From: Mytilus californianus
Lineage: Eukaryota
Reading direction: 5' to 3'
Length of the DNA stretch: 64,000 bases
NCBI RefSeq assembly: GCF_021869535.1
Contig: NW_026262745.1
Span: 7,998,001 to 8,062,000, forward strand
Position numbers and translations under genes: made by a program. Below the pieces are notes generated by a model. That model saw nothing but the letters and a program-made list of their open reading frames with translations, made no database searches and had not been told where the DNA came from. Below, in pieces: positions 38,087 through 51,200 of this stretch (position 1 is the stretch's first letter; each line of letters opens with the position of its first letter).

Positions 38087-39905
38087 AACTAGAGGCTCTA
38101 AAGAGCCTGTGTCGCTCACCTTGGTCTATGTGAATATTAAATAAAGGACGCAGATGGATTCATGACAAAATTGTGTTTTGGTGATGGTGATGTGTTTGTA
38201 CATCTTAATTTACTGAACATTTTTCCTGCTTACAATTATCTCTATCTATAATTAACTTGGCCCAGTAGTTTCAGAGGAGAAGATTTTTGTAAAAAATTAC
38301 TAAGATTTATGAAAAAATGGTTAAAAATTGACTATAAAGGGCAATAACTCCTAAAGGGGTCAACTGACAATTTCGGTCATGTTGACTTATTTGTAGATCT
38401 TACTTTGCCGACATTTATTGTTTTTTACAGTTTATCTCTATCTATAATAATATTCAAGATAATAACCAAAAACAGCAAAATTACCTTAAAATTACCAATT
38501 CAGGGGCAGCAACCCAACAACGGGTTGTCCGATTCATCTGAAAATTTCATGGCAGATAGATCTTGACCTGATAAACAATTTTACTTCATGTCAGATTTGC
38601 TTTAAATGCTTTGGTTTTTGAGTTAAAAGCCAAAAACTGAATTTTACCCCTATGTTCTATTTTTAGCCGTGGCGGCCATCTTGGTTGGTTGACCAGGTCA
38701 CGCCACACATTTTTAAAACTAGATAACCAAATGATGATTGTGGCCAAGTTTGGTTTAATTTGGCCACGTAGTTTCAGAGGAGAAGATTTTTGTAAAAAAT
38801 TACTAAGATTTACGAAAAACTGTTAAAAATTGACTATAAAGGGCAATAACTCCTAAAGGGGTCAACTGAACATTTCAGTCATGTTGACTTATTTGTTAAT
38901 CTTACTTTGCTGAACATTATTGCTGTTTACAGTTTATCTCTATCTATAATAATATTCAAGATAATAACCAAAAACAGCAAAATTTCCTTAAAATTACCAA
39001 TTCAGGGGCAGCAACCCAACAACAGGTTGTTCGATTCATCTGAAAATTTCGGGGCAGATAGATCTTGACCTGATAAACAATTTTACCTCATGTCAGATTT
39101 GCTCTAAATGCTTTGGTTTTTGAGTTATAAGCCAAAAACTGCATTTTACCCCTATGTATTATTTTTAGCTGTGGCCGCCATCTTGGTTGGTTGGCCGGGT
39201 CACGCCACACATTTTTTAAACTAGATACCCCAATGATGATTGTGGCCAAGTTTGGTTTAGTTTGGCCCAGTTGTTTCAGAGGAGAAGATTTTTGTAAAAG
39301 ATAACTAAGATTTACGAAAAATGGTTAAAAATTGACTATAAAGGGCAATTACTCCTAAAGGGGTCAACTGACCATTTCGGTTATATTGACTTATTTGTAA
39401 ATCTTACTTTGCTGAACATTATTGCTGTTTACAGTTTATCTCTATCTATAATAATATTCAAGATAATAACCAAAAACAGCAAAATTTCCTTAAAATTACC
39501 AATTCAGGGGCAGCAACCCAATAACGGGTGGTCCGATTCATCTGAAAATTTCATGGCAGATAGATCTTGACCTGATGAACAATTTTACCCCATGTCAGAT
39601 TTGCTCTTAATGCTTTGGTTTTTGAGTTATAAGCTAAAAACTGCATTTTACCCCTATGTTCTATTTTTAGCCGTGGCGGCCATCTTGGTTGGTTGACCAG
39701 GTCACGCCACACATTTTTAAAACTAGATACCCCAATGATGATTGTGGCCAAGTTTGGTTAAATTTGGCCCAGTAGTTTCAGAGGAGAAGATTTTTGTAAA
39801 AGTTTACGGACGACGGACGACGGACGACGGACGCAGGACGACGGACGACGGACGCAAAGTGATGAGAAAAGCTCACTTGACCTTTCAGGTCAGGTGAGCT
39901 AAAAA
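38087..39905. mobile_element. HINE-like element with three ~502-bp tandem units
   Basis: GGCCCAGTAGTTTCAGAGGAGAAGATTTTTG recurs near 38260, 38761, 39263 and 39765. (GACGGAC)n microsatellite and terminal hairpin AGCTCAC-TTGACC-TTTCA-GGTCAG-GTGAGCT. Confidence 0.85.
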
Positions 39906-41169
39906 TGAAACTAGCTTATCATAAAATTGATGTTATATTTTAATTCTATTAATGCTTTTGTTCAAATTAATTAGTGGGAAAGTGTGACAGTGATGGCTAA
40001 TAGTGGTTTGGTTTCATTTCTTGGCAGGCAACAACAAAAAACTTTATAAAATAAAATACTTAATAAAACGTGTAGTAACAACCAACATGATTTTACAGAA
40101 ATTTGTATGTCACAGATGAACAAATTTTCCATTATTGCACTTGTCATTCAAATTGTATTTATATCAAGGTAGGTAAAGCAAAAATGTCTGTTTATAATTA
40201 CTTCCATCTTTTTGTGTTTGCTGCTAAGAAAAAGTATACTAAAAGATGACTTTGACTTTGCGGTGACTGTCAATGATGTAAGATGATCAATAATGGTTCT
40301 GTTTTCTGTACTGGAAATAATAGATATCTTTTTTTTTAAATAAATATTCTTAAAGCAAAAGTAGAAAAAGCTCACAGGATTTTGCTGACATTTGTCTGTT
40401 ATATAAATGTTCCAGATAAAAATGTTGTTAGTTTTTAGTCAAATTTCACATGAGGCAAAGTAGGTGAAGCAAAAGCACTAAACACAATTTTTTTTTTGTA
40501 TTATGCTAATAGATATAATTTATTTCTACATGAAAAAAAGGTAAAAAATCTTGTTAATTAATATAAAAGCTTTGAATAAAAAAATGAGTACACACTGTAT
40601 TGCCTAAATTAGAAAAAATAACAACTTCATTGACTATAATATAACTGCATGTAAATTGTAGTTGATATTACTTCACAAATTCTTTCAATTTCACTTAACA
40701 CTGAATAAGCTGTTTTCTTCAAATTTAGAAGATAGTGGTGATAAAAGAGTAAGACCTTACAATTGATCACCATAAGGGTAACAATACAACTGTCATTAGT
40801 CTCTCTCTCTAATGAAGTTATTTTTAGAACACTTCTCATATAGGAATCAACAATGTGATTTCATCCATGAGACAGCAAAACCTCAACACCAAGAACAAGC
40901 ATCATCAAGATGTCAGCATAACCCATTTTGCATCGTTTATTTAGATATTTCATTTTACTAATTGCTGTTAAATTATCAGTTTTATATTTTTTCTTATAAA
41001 ATTTAGCATACAAAAAAATAATAAAACAATAGAGTTCCAATGTCCCCTGCACTGCACATATTTTATCTATCCAAAGGGCAATTACTGCAAAAATCCTTTT
41101 TTTTTGTTCTTTAAATCTTTTTACAAATGTCTTACAGAAATGAAGGCTAGGAAGCAAATAAAATGTTAT

Positions 41170-41835
41170 TTCCAATGTAATTGATATTTCCAAGGGGGGT
41201 AACTCTTTTAAAAATATTTAATCAGCACTGAATCTGTGTATTGCTTATATAAACCTTTGATATAAATTTGAAAAAACATCTGGCAAAAATTGTACACATG
41301 AGAGTGCTTGCTATGCAATTTTCCATAAAATTAATATTTCCAAGGGGAATAGCTCTTTTAACACTATTTGATCTGCACTGATTTTCCAACTTATCCGAGA
41401 AATTGTTGATATAAATTTATGATACAAGTTTATAAAAATCTAGCAAGAACTGTACACATGAGAGTAATAACAATGCAATTTTCCATATAATTAATATTTC
41501 CAAGGGGCATAACTCTTTTAAAAATAGTTGATTAGCACTGATTTTCGAACTTGTCCGAGACATTGTTAATATAAATTTATGATATAAGTTTATAAAAATC
41601 TGGCAAGAATTGTTCACATAAGAGTACTAACAATGCAATTTTCCATATAATTAATATTTCCAAGGAACATAACTCTTTTAAAAATAGCTGATCAGCACTG
41701 ATTTTTGAACTTGTCCGCGACATTGTTGATATAAATTTATGATATAAGTTTATAAAAATCTGGCAAAAATTGTACACATGAGAGCGCTAACAAGACCGGA
41801 CGGACAGACACACGGACGGACGGATGGATGGCACT
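41170..41835. repeat. ~160-bp tandem repeats ending in a GGAC/GGAT microsatellite (HINE-like remnant)
   Basis: ATAAATTTATGATA.AAGTTTATAAAAATCT recurs near 41411, 41571 and 41731. Confidence 0.75.
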
Positions 41836-42232
41836 CTGTTATGTGTAAAAATAAATTGTTAAAAAATTTCAGTTTTTACAGAATAAGCAAATTGTTGTTG
41901 ACCAAAAAAGAGAACACAGATTTATTGAGTAAGTTCTCTCCATTACGGAGAGTCTTTACTCAAAATAAGGAGATAGGTTTTTTAAAGGGAAATAACAATT
42001 TCAAAAAACCGGTATGGAGACGGTCTCATACCCAAGTTTTTACATACAAAAACCATTTCTGGCTGGTTTAATTCAAATTTCATCAAAATCTACTTATTAT
42101 AATAATGACGTGAAACGATAGAAATCTTATCTAACCAATTATAGATATTTGTAGTTATATTTTAGCATGAATAGGAATGGAGTTTGTCTATAAGACTAAC
42201 TAAGCTAAAGCCATTTAAACATAGAAATTTAT

Positions 42233-45200
42233 CTAGGCAAGATTTTTAGATATAGAATCCAGTAAATAATCAATGTTATTCTTCTCTTTTAGAAAGAAAT
42301 GTCCTCCAGGTAAAAACTGTAAACTAAAGGATCCACTGGTTAATTCTTTCCATGCTGAAAATTAGAAAAATGTAAGATAAATTAAGTTTTTAATTTTAAC
42401 TATCATAATTTATCAAATTATTTCAAAATTTAATAAAATCCTATATTTCTCTCGATTTTTTTTTTTTTTATTTCAGAAAGAGGAGACATAAAACTATGAA
42501 TAAAAGGAGATGTGGTGTATACATTTATAGGACATCAAATGAACAACACAACAAAAAAATAATACAATAGTAATGACCTGACTTTAAATCACTTTGTATT
42601 CAAGAACAACAAATATTGCTGGTAACTGCCACCAGAAGAATTGATTACAGCAGGAAAAGAGTTCTTGACAGGACAACAGTTGAGGGAACCTTATATTGCA
42701 ATTCAGGTGACTGGCTGTTTAAATCCTTTTCTCTTAAACAAATTTTGAAAGGAAAGGATACAATATACATGTATGATGCAAGATTTGGTGTTGAAAGAAG
42801 TAGTGAGTACGAAGCAATCATTACATGATTGAAAATTTAGAAAAGGGATTCAGATCCTAAAAATTTATCTGTGTTATTTTCATTTTTTTTTTAAAGCTAC
42901 ATTTGTTTTTTTTACCTCGCTCACTTACCATCATCATCATGTTTTTTATCATGATCTCCATCATACATTTGAATTGGACAGGACACTACTGCTTTACCAG
43001 GCTCGGGTTGGAAACTGGAAAAAATACACAATATAAATATAGCAGTTCTTAATAATTTTCCAGACTCTGGATGGAAACTGGAAAATAAAAACAATTCCAA
43101 TATAGTATTTTCTTTTTTAATTTATAACAGAAAAAAAGGAGTTCTCACAGCATTTGGTCAGAGAAAGATCACGTACAGTACGGCAAGCTTTAATTTTTTT
43201 TTCTCATAAATTTATTGTTTCTGTACAATATTTGCTAGATTAGACAACACATATAATGTTGATGAAGACTGTACAAAACCAAAAACCTTATAATATGTAC
43301 AATATAATAATATGTACAATATAATAATATGTACAATATAAGAATATGTACAATATAATAATATGTACAATATAAGAATATGTACAATATAATAATATGT
43401 ACAATATAAGAATATGTACAATATAATAATATGTACAATATAATAATATGTACAATATAATAATATGTACAATATAATAATATGTACAATATAATAATAT
43501 GTACAATATAATAATATGTACAATATAATAATATGTACAATATAAGAATATGTACAATATAATAATATGTACAATATAAGAATATGTACAATATAAGAAT
43601 ATGTACAATATAAGAATATGTACAATATAAGAATATGTACAATATAATAATATGTACAATATAATAATATGTACAATATAACAATATACACAATATAATA
43701 ATATGTACAATATAATAATATGTACAATATAATAATATGTACAATATAACAATATGTACAATATAATAATATGTACAATATAATAATATGTACAATATAA
43801 TAATATGTACAATATAATAATATGTACAATATAAGAATATGTACAATATAATAATATGTACAATATAAGAATATGTACAATATAATAATATGTACAATAT
43901 AATAATATGTACAATATAACAATATACACAATATAACAATATACACAATATAATAATATGTACAATATAATAATATGTACAATATAATAATATGTACAAT
44001 ATAAGAATATGTACAAGTTTCTTGTAAAACAAAAAAGGTTTCAAAAACTGATGAACAAGTATGACAGACAAACAGTATTCCATTAATTTCATAAATGTTG
44101 ACTTGACATGATAGCAAAGCAATAAAGTTTCTCAATCTCTTTTAAAAAAAAGAAATAGGATGCTCATCAGAAATAATATTTTAAGGATGACATAACTAAT
44201 GCCATTTGATGTAATAATATAAATGCCATATAAGGTGACTAGAATTAAACTTCAATATAGTTTTTATAAATAGCTTTGAGAGATAAGTTGTCAGTTATTT
44301 ATAAAGAAATGTTTGATTCCCTTCTAATCTTAAAAATAAATTCTAAATGAATAAATAAGAAATGCTAAGATGATATCCCACCGGAACCCAAGACTCCTTT
44401 TTAACAAGTAAGGTCACTTTGTATAAACTTTATGGTAAAAAATAACTGCTCATCTATTTCTCACTTAAGTTATATTTTGTAAACTGTCTCTCTATTAATG
44501 TATAAGTCAAGTTTTAATAGACATTTTTAATTTAGTCTTATAGGGGCTATAATCTTTATCAAACTGACCCAGTCTTGTAAAATACACTATGACCAGACCT
44601 AAACATTTGAAATCCTGGGATGTGTAAATAAGCTGCAACGTTAGGAGCTATAATACGAAAAAGAACCTAAACAATATAGCCAAATTCATCTACGGTCAGC
44701 TTTGCTTGAGGGAGATGGAACATTTGTTTCTTAATAATTTATGAACAGAGAAATTTAAAAAAGTATATGCAATTAATGATGTCCGTACCGATGTACTGAC
44801 TAACTCAGCTGGTGATACCTCAGGGATTTCCAGCTAAAACCTACATTAAACTTACTCAAACTGGTCTAACAAGCCATAATCTGCTTTAAGTGCAGGTAAA
44901 TATAACTCCATTATTTCATCATTGTCTAATATTTCTTTTGGTGTTCCACCTAAAATCAAATAACTATCACATCATATATATGTTACTGTCCTCATAATAC
45001 TATCATAACTCCTTTCTTCATCCTCACTGCAAAAATTTGTTGCTGATTCCTGTATCATACCAACACAACAACATCATTTAGGCTTTTCATTTTACAAATT
45101 ATGAAAAAAAATTTCTTATTGCTGTAGAAATAGACCTTTGGTCTCTGAAGAATAGTTGTCTCATTTGCAGTCATACTTATTATACCTCTCCTCATTTTCA

Positions 45201-48200
45201 TACTTATAAAAAAGAAAAAAATGAAGTTTACAAAAAGTATTTACACTTGGTCAACTAAACAAAAAGGCGTTATAATTAAAACCAATTTATATAAAAATAA
45301 AGAGCTTCGCCATGAGCACATGATAAGCCAGTCGCTTTTTCAACGAATAAAGTTCCATTACTCCTTAAAGTCATATCATCAATTTATAAAAAAAGTAAAG
45401 GGAGCTTATTTTAATAGATATAAACCAGTCACCAAAGTTTCATAAAACTGCTCAAAACATTTTTGAGTTATTATCTGAAAATTGGAAAATCCACCCTTTT
45501 TTTATGAATAAAATCCCATAACTTGGAAATGTAAAATCTAAAATTTATAAAAATCGAAAGGGAGCTTACTTCAATTGATAAAAACAATTCACCAAAGTTT
45601 CATGAAAAATGGTTAAAGTGTTTTTGAGTTATTGTCTGACATGTTGACATCCGATAGTTTTGGCATAGTTGGACAGCTGGTAGATCTCAACATTCTAGAC
45701 ATTTTTGCCCTGTCAAGATAATAGACAAAACCTGTATTTTACCCCTTTGTTCTATTTTTAGCCATGTCGGCCATGTTGGTTGGCAGATGGGGTCATCAGA
45801 CATATTTTTCAAACTAGACACCCTAATGATGATTGTGGCTAAGTTTGGCTTAATTTTGCTCAGTAGTTTCAGAGAAGAAGATTTTTGTAAAAGTTAACGA
45901 CGACAATGGACGACAGACGCCAAGTGATGAGAAAAGCTCACTTGGCCTTTCAGTCAGGTGAACTAAAAAGGTGATCTCATTCAAATACTTAAAATGGCAA
46001 TGCCAGTATAACATGGGTAAATGCTTTTCCTATACTAATAACATTGTTCAATGTAAAAAAAAATTTCTTCTGAACAAAGGTTATCTTAAATGGGATAAGA
46101 AGAGCAAGTAGAATGTATTGCTTTATTAGAGATGGTAGGATAAAGTGTGTGCTATTTGCTGAATTTGCCATATAATTAAACATTTAGTAGCATATTAAAG
46201 TCATACCTAGTTTTTCCAAGAATGTTTTAAATTCTGCATCTGTCATTTTGCCAAACTTTGGATCTTGTTTCCTATATGATGACTGAAAATAAAAGCAATC
46301 AGGTACAACTAAAAATAGCTCCTAATCTTAATTGTAGTCTTGATCACAGCCATTTAAGTTGTTTAGGCTTATCTCAATATCAATTCTGCCAAACAGTCAA
46401 TGATACAGTATACTGTTACCCAGATTTTGTTAAAAAATATATAACAAAATGTAACTTAAGTATGGTGAAACCACATTCCAAAAAATCACCAAATTATTTC
46501 CTTCAAATATCTAAAGTATGATACATAAAATGTGACAAATGGTGAGACCTCTTTCCAAAAAAAAGCCAAATTATTTTCTTGAAATATTCAAAGTGTGATA
46601 CATAAAAGGTGACAAACTAGTATTTTCTTTTAACATGTTTAAAGGAGGGCAAATTAACTCTACTCAGTTACCTTATATGCATTTTAAAAATATGAAGGCT
46701 CATCCAGATATATATCCACAAATAAAAACTACCACGTAAAAAACTAGCGCATGGAAGCGGCAATTACATAAAGCCATATCACACCTTTTCCTGCTTTTTT
46801 TCAAAGAGTAAAGAAAAATGGATATAGATAACTAAAAATCATTTCTTGATGAATTACCTCCCTTTTACTGTTAACCTTCCTTAAAGTCTATTGAAAGTAT
46901 CTAAATGCTCTGGTAATTCAAATGATCAAAGAAGTAATACGGTAACCTTGATATGAACACAGTAAAATTGTTGTCAAATAACTTAAATTTTGTTCACATT
47001 CACAGCTTATTATCATAAGTAAAAGGGTTCAAAACTACTCACACTTGTTTTACCGTTTATCACATTGCTTGCTAAAGTTTAGAAAGATTAAAGAAGCAAG
47101 TTCATAAAAGATGAAGCAGTCATGCAACAGGACTGACATTCAATTATACATTCTATCGTAATATCTAGAAGTGTTTCAAATATTTTTAAATTTCATTCAA
47201 TACTTCATACTTAAAATAACAGAACTTACATGAGGGTAGGAATGCCCTTCACCGTCAGGCATCAAACAAGCATTTTCGGCTACCGTTAGCGTCAAATTGG
47301 TTGAAATTTTACCGTGATTCGTCAAAATATCCTTATCTTGATTCGTCAGAGGTCTCAAATAATTATCGTTACCGTTATTTTTGGAAAAAATTTAGCATGA
47401 TGCGTCAAAATCAGTCAATTTTTTTATCGTCTAAAAGAAAGTGTACATTTTATCGTCATGCACCAAAAATTACTGTTAACGTCATTTGGCAAGAATTTTT
47501 ACCATTATTCATCATGAAGGTATCCCCATTACGACCCTCTTACATGTGATGGTGATGCTCCAGATATAAACATTTTCAATGGTTCTATGTACTTACATGT
47601 GATGGTGATGCACCAGATATAAACATTTTCAATGGTTATATGTACTTGCATGTAATGGTGATGCTCCAGATATAAACAATTTCAATGGTTCTATGTGCTT
47701 ACATGTGATGGTGATGCTCCAGACATAAACATTTTCAATGGTTATATGTACTTACATGTGGTATGGTGATGCTCCAGATATAAACATTTTCAATGGTTCT
47801 ATGTACTTACATGTGATGGTGATGCACCAGATATCAACATTTTCAATGGTTCTATGTACTTACATGAGATGGTGATGCTCCAGATATAAACATTTTCAAT
47901 GGTTCTATGTACTTACATGAGATGGTGATGCACCAGATATTAACATTTTCAATAGTTCTATGTACTTACATGTGATGGTGATGCACCAGATATAAAAATT
48001 TCCAATGGTTCTATGTACAAACTTACATGTGATGGCGATGCACCAGATATAAACATTTTCAATGGTTCTATGTACTTACATGTGATGGTGCTGCACCAGA
48101 TATAAACATATTTTCAATGGTTCTATGTACATTTTTACATGTGATGGCTAATGCACCAGATATACATTTTCAATGGTTCTATGTACGTACATGTGACGGT

Positions 48201-51200
48201 GATGCTCCAGATATAAACATTTTCAATTGTTCTATGTTCTTACATGAGATGGTGATGCACCAGATATAAACAATTCCAATGGTTCTATGTACGTACTTAC
48301 ATGTGATGGCTATGCACCAGATATAAACATTTTCAATGGTTCTATGTACTTACATGTGATGGTGATGCTCTAGATATAAACATTTTCAATGGTTCTATGT
48401 GCTTACATGAGATGTGATGCTCCAGATATAAACATTTTCAATGGTTCTATGTATTTACATGTGATGGTGATGCTCCAGATATAAACATTTTCAATGGTTC
48501 TATGTACTTACATGTGATGGTGAAGCTCCAGATATAAATATTTCCAATGGTTCTATGCACTTACAAGTGATGGTGATGCACAAGATATAAAAATTTCCAA
48601 TGGTTCTATGTACGAACTTACATGTGATGGCGATGCACCAGATATAAACATTTCCAATGGTTCTATGTACGTATTTACATGTGATGGCTATGCACCAGAT
48701 AAACATTTTCAACGGTTCTATGTACTTACATGTGACGGTGATGCTCCAGATATAAACATTTTCAATTGTTCTATGTACTTACATGAGATGTGATGCTCCA
48801 GATATAACCATTTTCAATGGTTTTATGTATTTACATGTGATGGTGATGCTCAAGATATAAACATTTTCAATGGTTCTATGTACTTACATGTGATGGTGAT
48901 GCTCCAGATATATACATTTTCAATGGTTCTATGTACTTACATGTGATGGTGATGCTCCAGATATAAACATTTTCAATGGTTCCATGTACTTACATGTGAT
49001 GGTGATGCTCCAGATATAAACATTTTCAATGGTTCTATGTTGTATTTATTCTTCAGTTTTCTAGCTACCTCAAAACTCAGTAATGATCCCAAACTACAAT
49101 GTTTTACAACATCAATAAATATAAATAAGAAGATGTGGTATGATTGCTAATGAGACAACTCTCCATCCAAGTCACAATGTGTTAAAAGTAAACAATTATA
49201 GAACTGCTTTGTTTTTTGTAAACATTTAACACTTTTTTAGGAAATGAAAATGTGTTCTTTATTAGAGTCACTTTAAAATCATAAATACTGTTAACCAACT
49301 AATAGTAAGGATTGTTTTAATAAAAGGCTTCCAGAAGTAGAAAAATGTGGATAGTGTCCACATGTGGACACAGATGATGCCCCCTCTTGCATATAATATA
49401 GTTATAAAGGGACATAACTGAAGAACGGTAAAAGTGACGCTACCCAAATTTGAACTTGATCTGAGTTTTGTGGTAATAAGCATTGTGTGTAAGTCTCATA
49501 ACATTTGGTTGAGGCAAACTTAAGTAGAAAACAGAAACTAAAAATTCAGCAATTTTTCTATTTGTAAACACACATAACTCTAGAACATTTGTGTATAAGT
49601 TTTATAACATTTGGTTGAGACAAACTAAAGTAAGAGAACGGAAATGAAAAATTCAGCAATTTTTATTTTTATAAAGGGACATAACTCAGGAATGGTAAAA
49701 GTGTCGCCACCAAATTTTGTACTTAATCTGTATTATGTAGTAATAAGCATTGTGTATAAGTTTCATAACATTTGGTTGAGGCAAACTAAAGTTAGAAAAC
49801 GGAAACAAAAAATTTGTTCTTGATCTTAGTTTTGTGGTAATGAATATTGTGTATATGTTTCATAATGTTTGGTTGGGGCAAACTTTAGTTACAGAATGGA
49901 AACTAAAAATTTTGCAATCTTTTGATTTATAAAGGGGCATAACTCAATAATGGTTAAAGTGACACTACCCAAATTCAACTTGATCTGTGTTTTATCAGTG
50001 GAAGTCAAAATTAAACATTGCATTGTATAAAGCATTGATTGTAGTTGATTCAACTGTAATCATGGACAAAGGAAGATAACTCTTATTTTAAAAATTACTT
50101 GATATTTAGAAGATAATAAAAATTTTGCAATTTTCCATTTATAAAGGGGCATAACTCTAGAATGGTTAAGGTGACGCCACCAAAATTCAAACTTGATCTG
50201 TGTTTTGTTATAATAAGCATTGTGTATAAGTTTCATAACATTTAGTTGAGGCAAACTTAAGTTAGAGAACGGAAACTAAATATTTTGCAATTTTTCCATT
50301 TATAAAGGGGCATAACTCTAGAACGGTTAGAGTGACGCCACCAAAATTCGTACTTGATCTGTGTTTTGTGGTAATAAGCATTGTGTATAAGTTTCATAAC
50401 ATTTGGTTGAGGCAAACTTAAGTTAGAGAACGGAAACTAAATATTTTGCAATTTTTCCATTTATAAAGGGCATAACTCTAGAACGGTTGAGGTGACGCCA
50501 CCAAAATTCATACTTGATCTGTGTTTTGTGGTAATAAGCATTGTGTATAAGTTTCATAACATTTGGTTGAGGCAAACTCAAGTTAGAGAACGGAAACCAA
50601 TTTTGGGACGTACGTACGTACAAGGGTAAAACTTAATGCCCCCACCCCTACGGCGGGGGCATAAAAAATAACATTGATAAAAATTGTCATGACTATGTGA
50701 ATTAACTGGATATATTAACAGAGTTAAAAATTGTGAAATTAAATCACAGCGAAGCTGGCTTAAGAAAGTGCTAATAGACAAATCATGAAAAGAGTATCAG
50801 CAAGAGTGATATAAAAATAAAAAGATCTGTTTTTTTCCAAAAGACCAAATGATGTATCTGTAAGCAACTATAGGTCACTGTTAAGCCTTCAACAATGACC
50901 AAAACCTATATAGTATAGTAAGTTATAAAAAGACCTGATATGACAAAATGTCAAACGATTTGAACAAAAAACCAACAGCCTCATTAACGTATGTACAAAA
51001 CAAAGAAAGAAAAATAAATATGACAGACAGCAACCAACTGTAACCACTGAATGACAGGCTCCTGAGGAAGTTTACAATAGTCTTATCTCAAAACATGATT
51101 GATCAATTGTTGTAAACCTAAACTTTGTATCAATTTGATCTGGAAAAGAACAAGTTTCAACATTTACTGCTGTATTCTCATTCTTAAACTCAAGAACTCA

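Noticed and set aside
40148-41193. Exon-like stretches near 40150-40310 and 40850-40930
   Set aside because: I found no recognisable protein family and no consistent splice chain.
43212-44135. Three long overlapping ORFs (307, 295 and 242 aa) rich in Y/I/L/C/H
   Set aside because: They arise from the stop-free 17-bp minisatellite inside an OLAH-like intron.
46463-46618. ~80-bp two-copy tandem duplication as a fourth junction duplication
   Set aside because: It is wholly intronic and does not overlap a splice site.
48500-48793. ORFs 48500-48712 and 48608-48793
   Set aside because: They are chance frames through the 53-bp repeat; ISGASPSH simply echoes the real exon.
47540-49040. CRISPR-like appearance of the regular arrays
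   Set aside because: There are no unique spacers, the DNA is eukaryotic, and the unit is a duplicated exon end.
41417-50781. Paired similar ORFs (41417/41577; 50060/50423/50578)
   Set aside because: They are products of ~160-bp tandem repeats in HINE-like elements.
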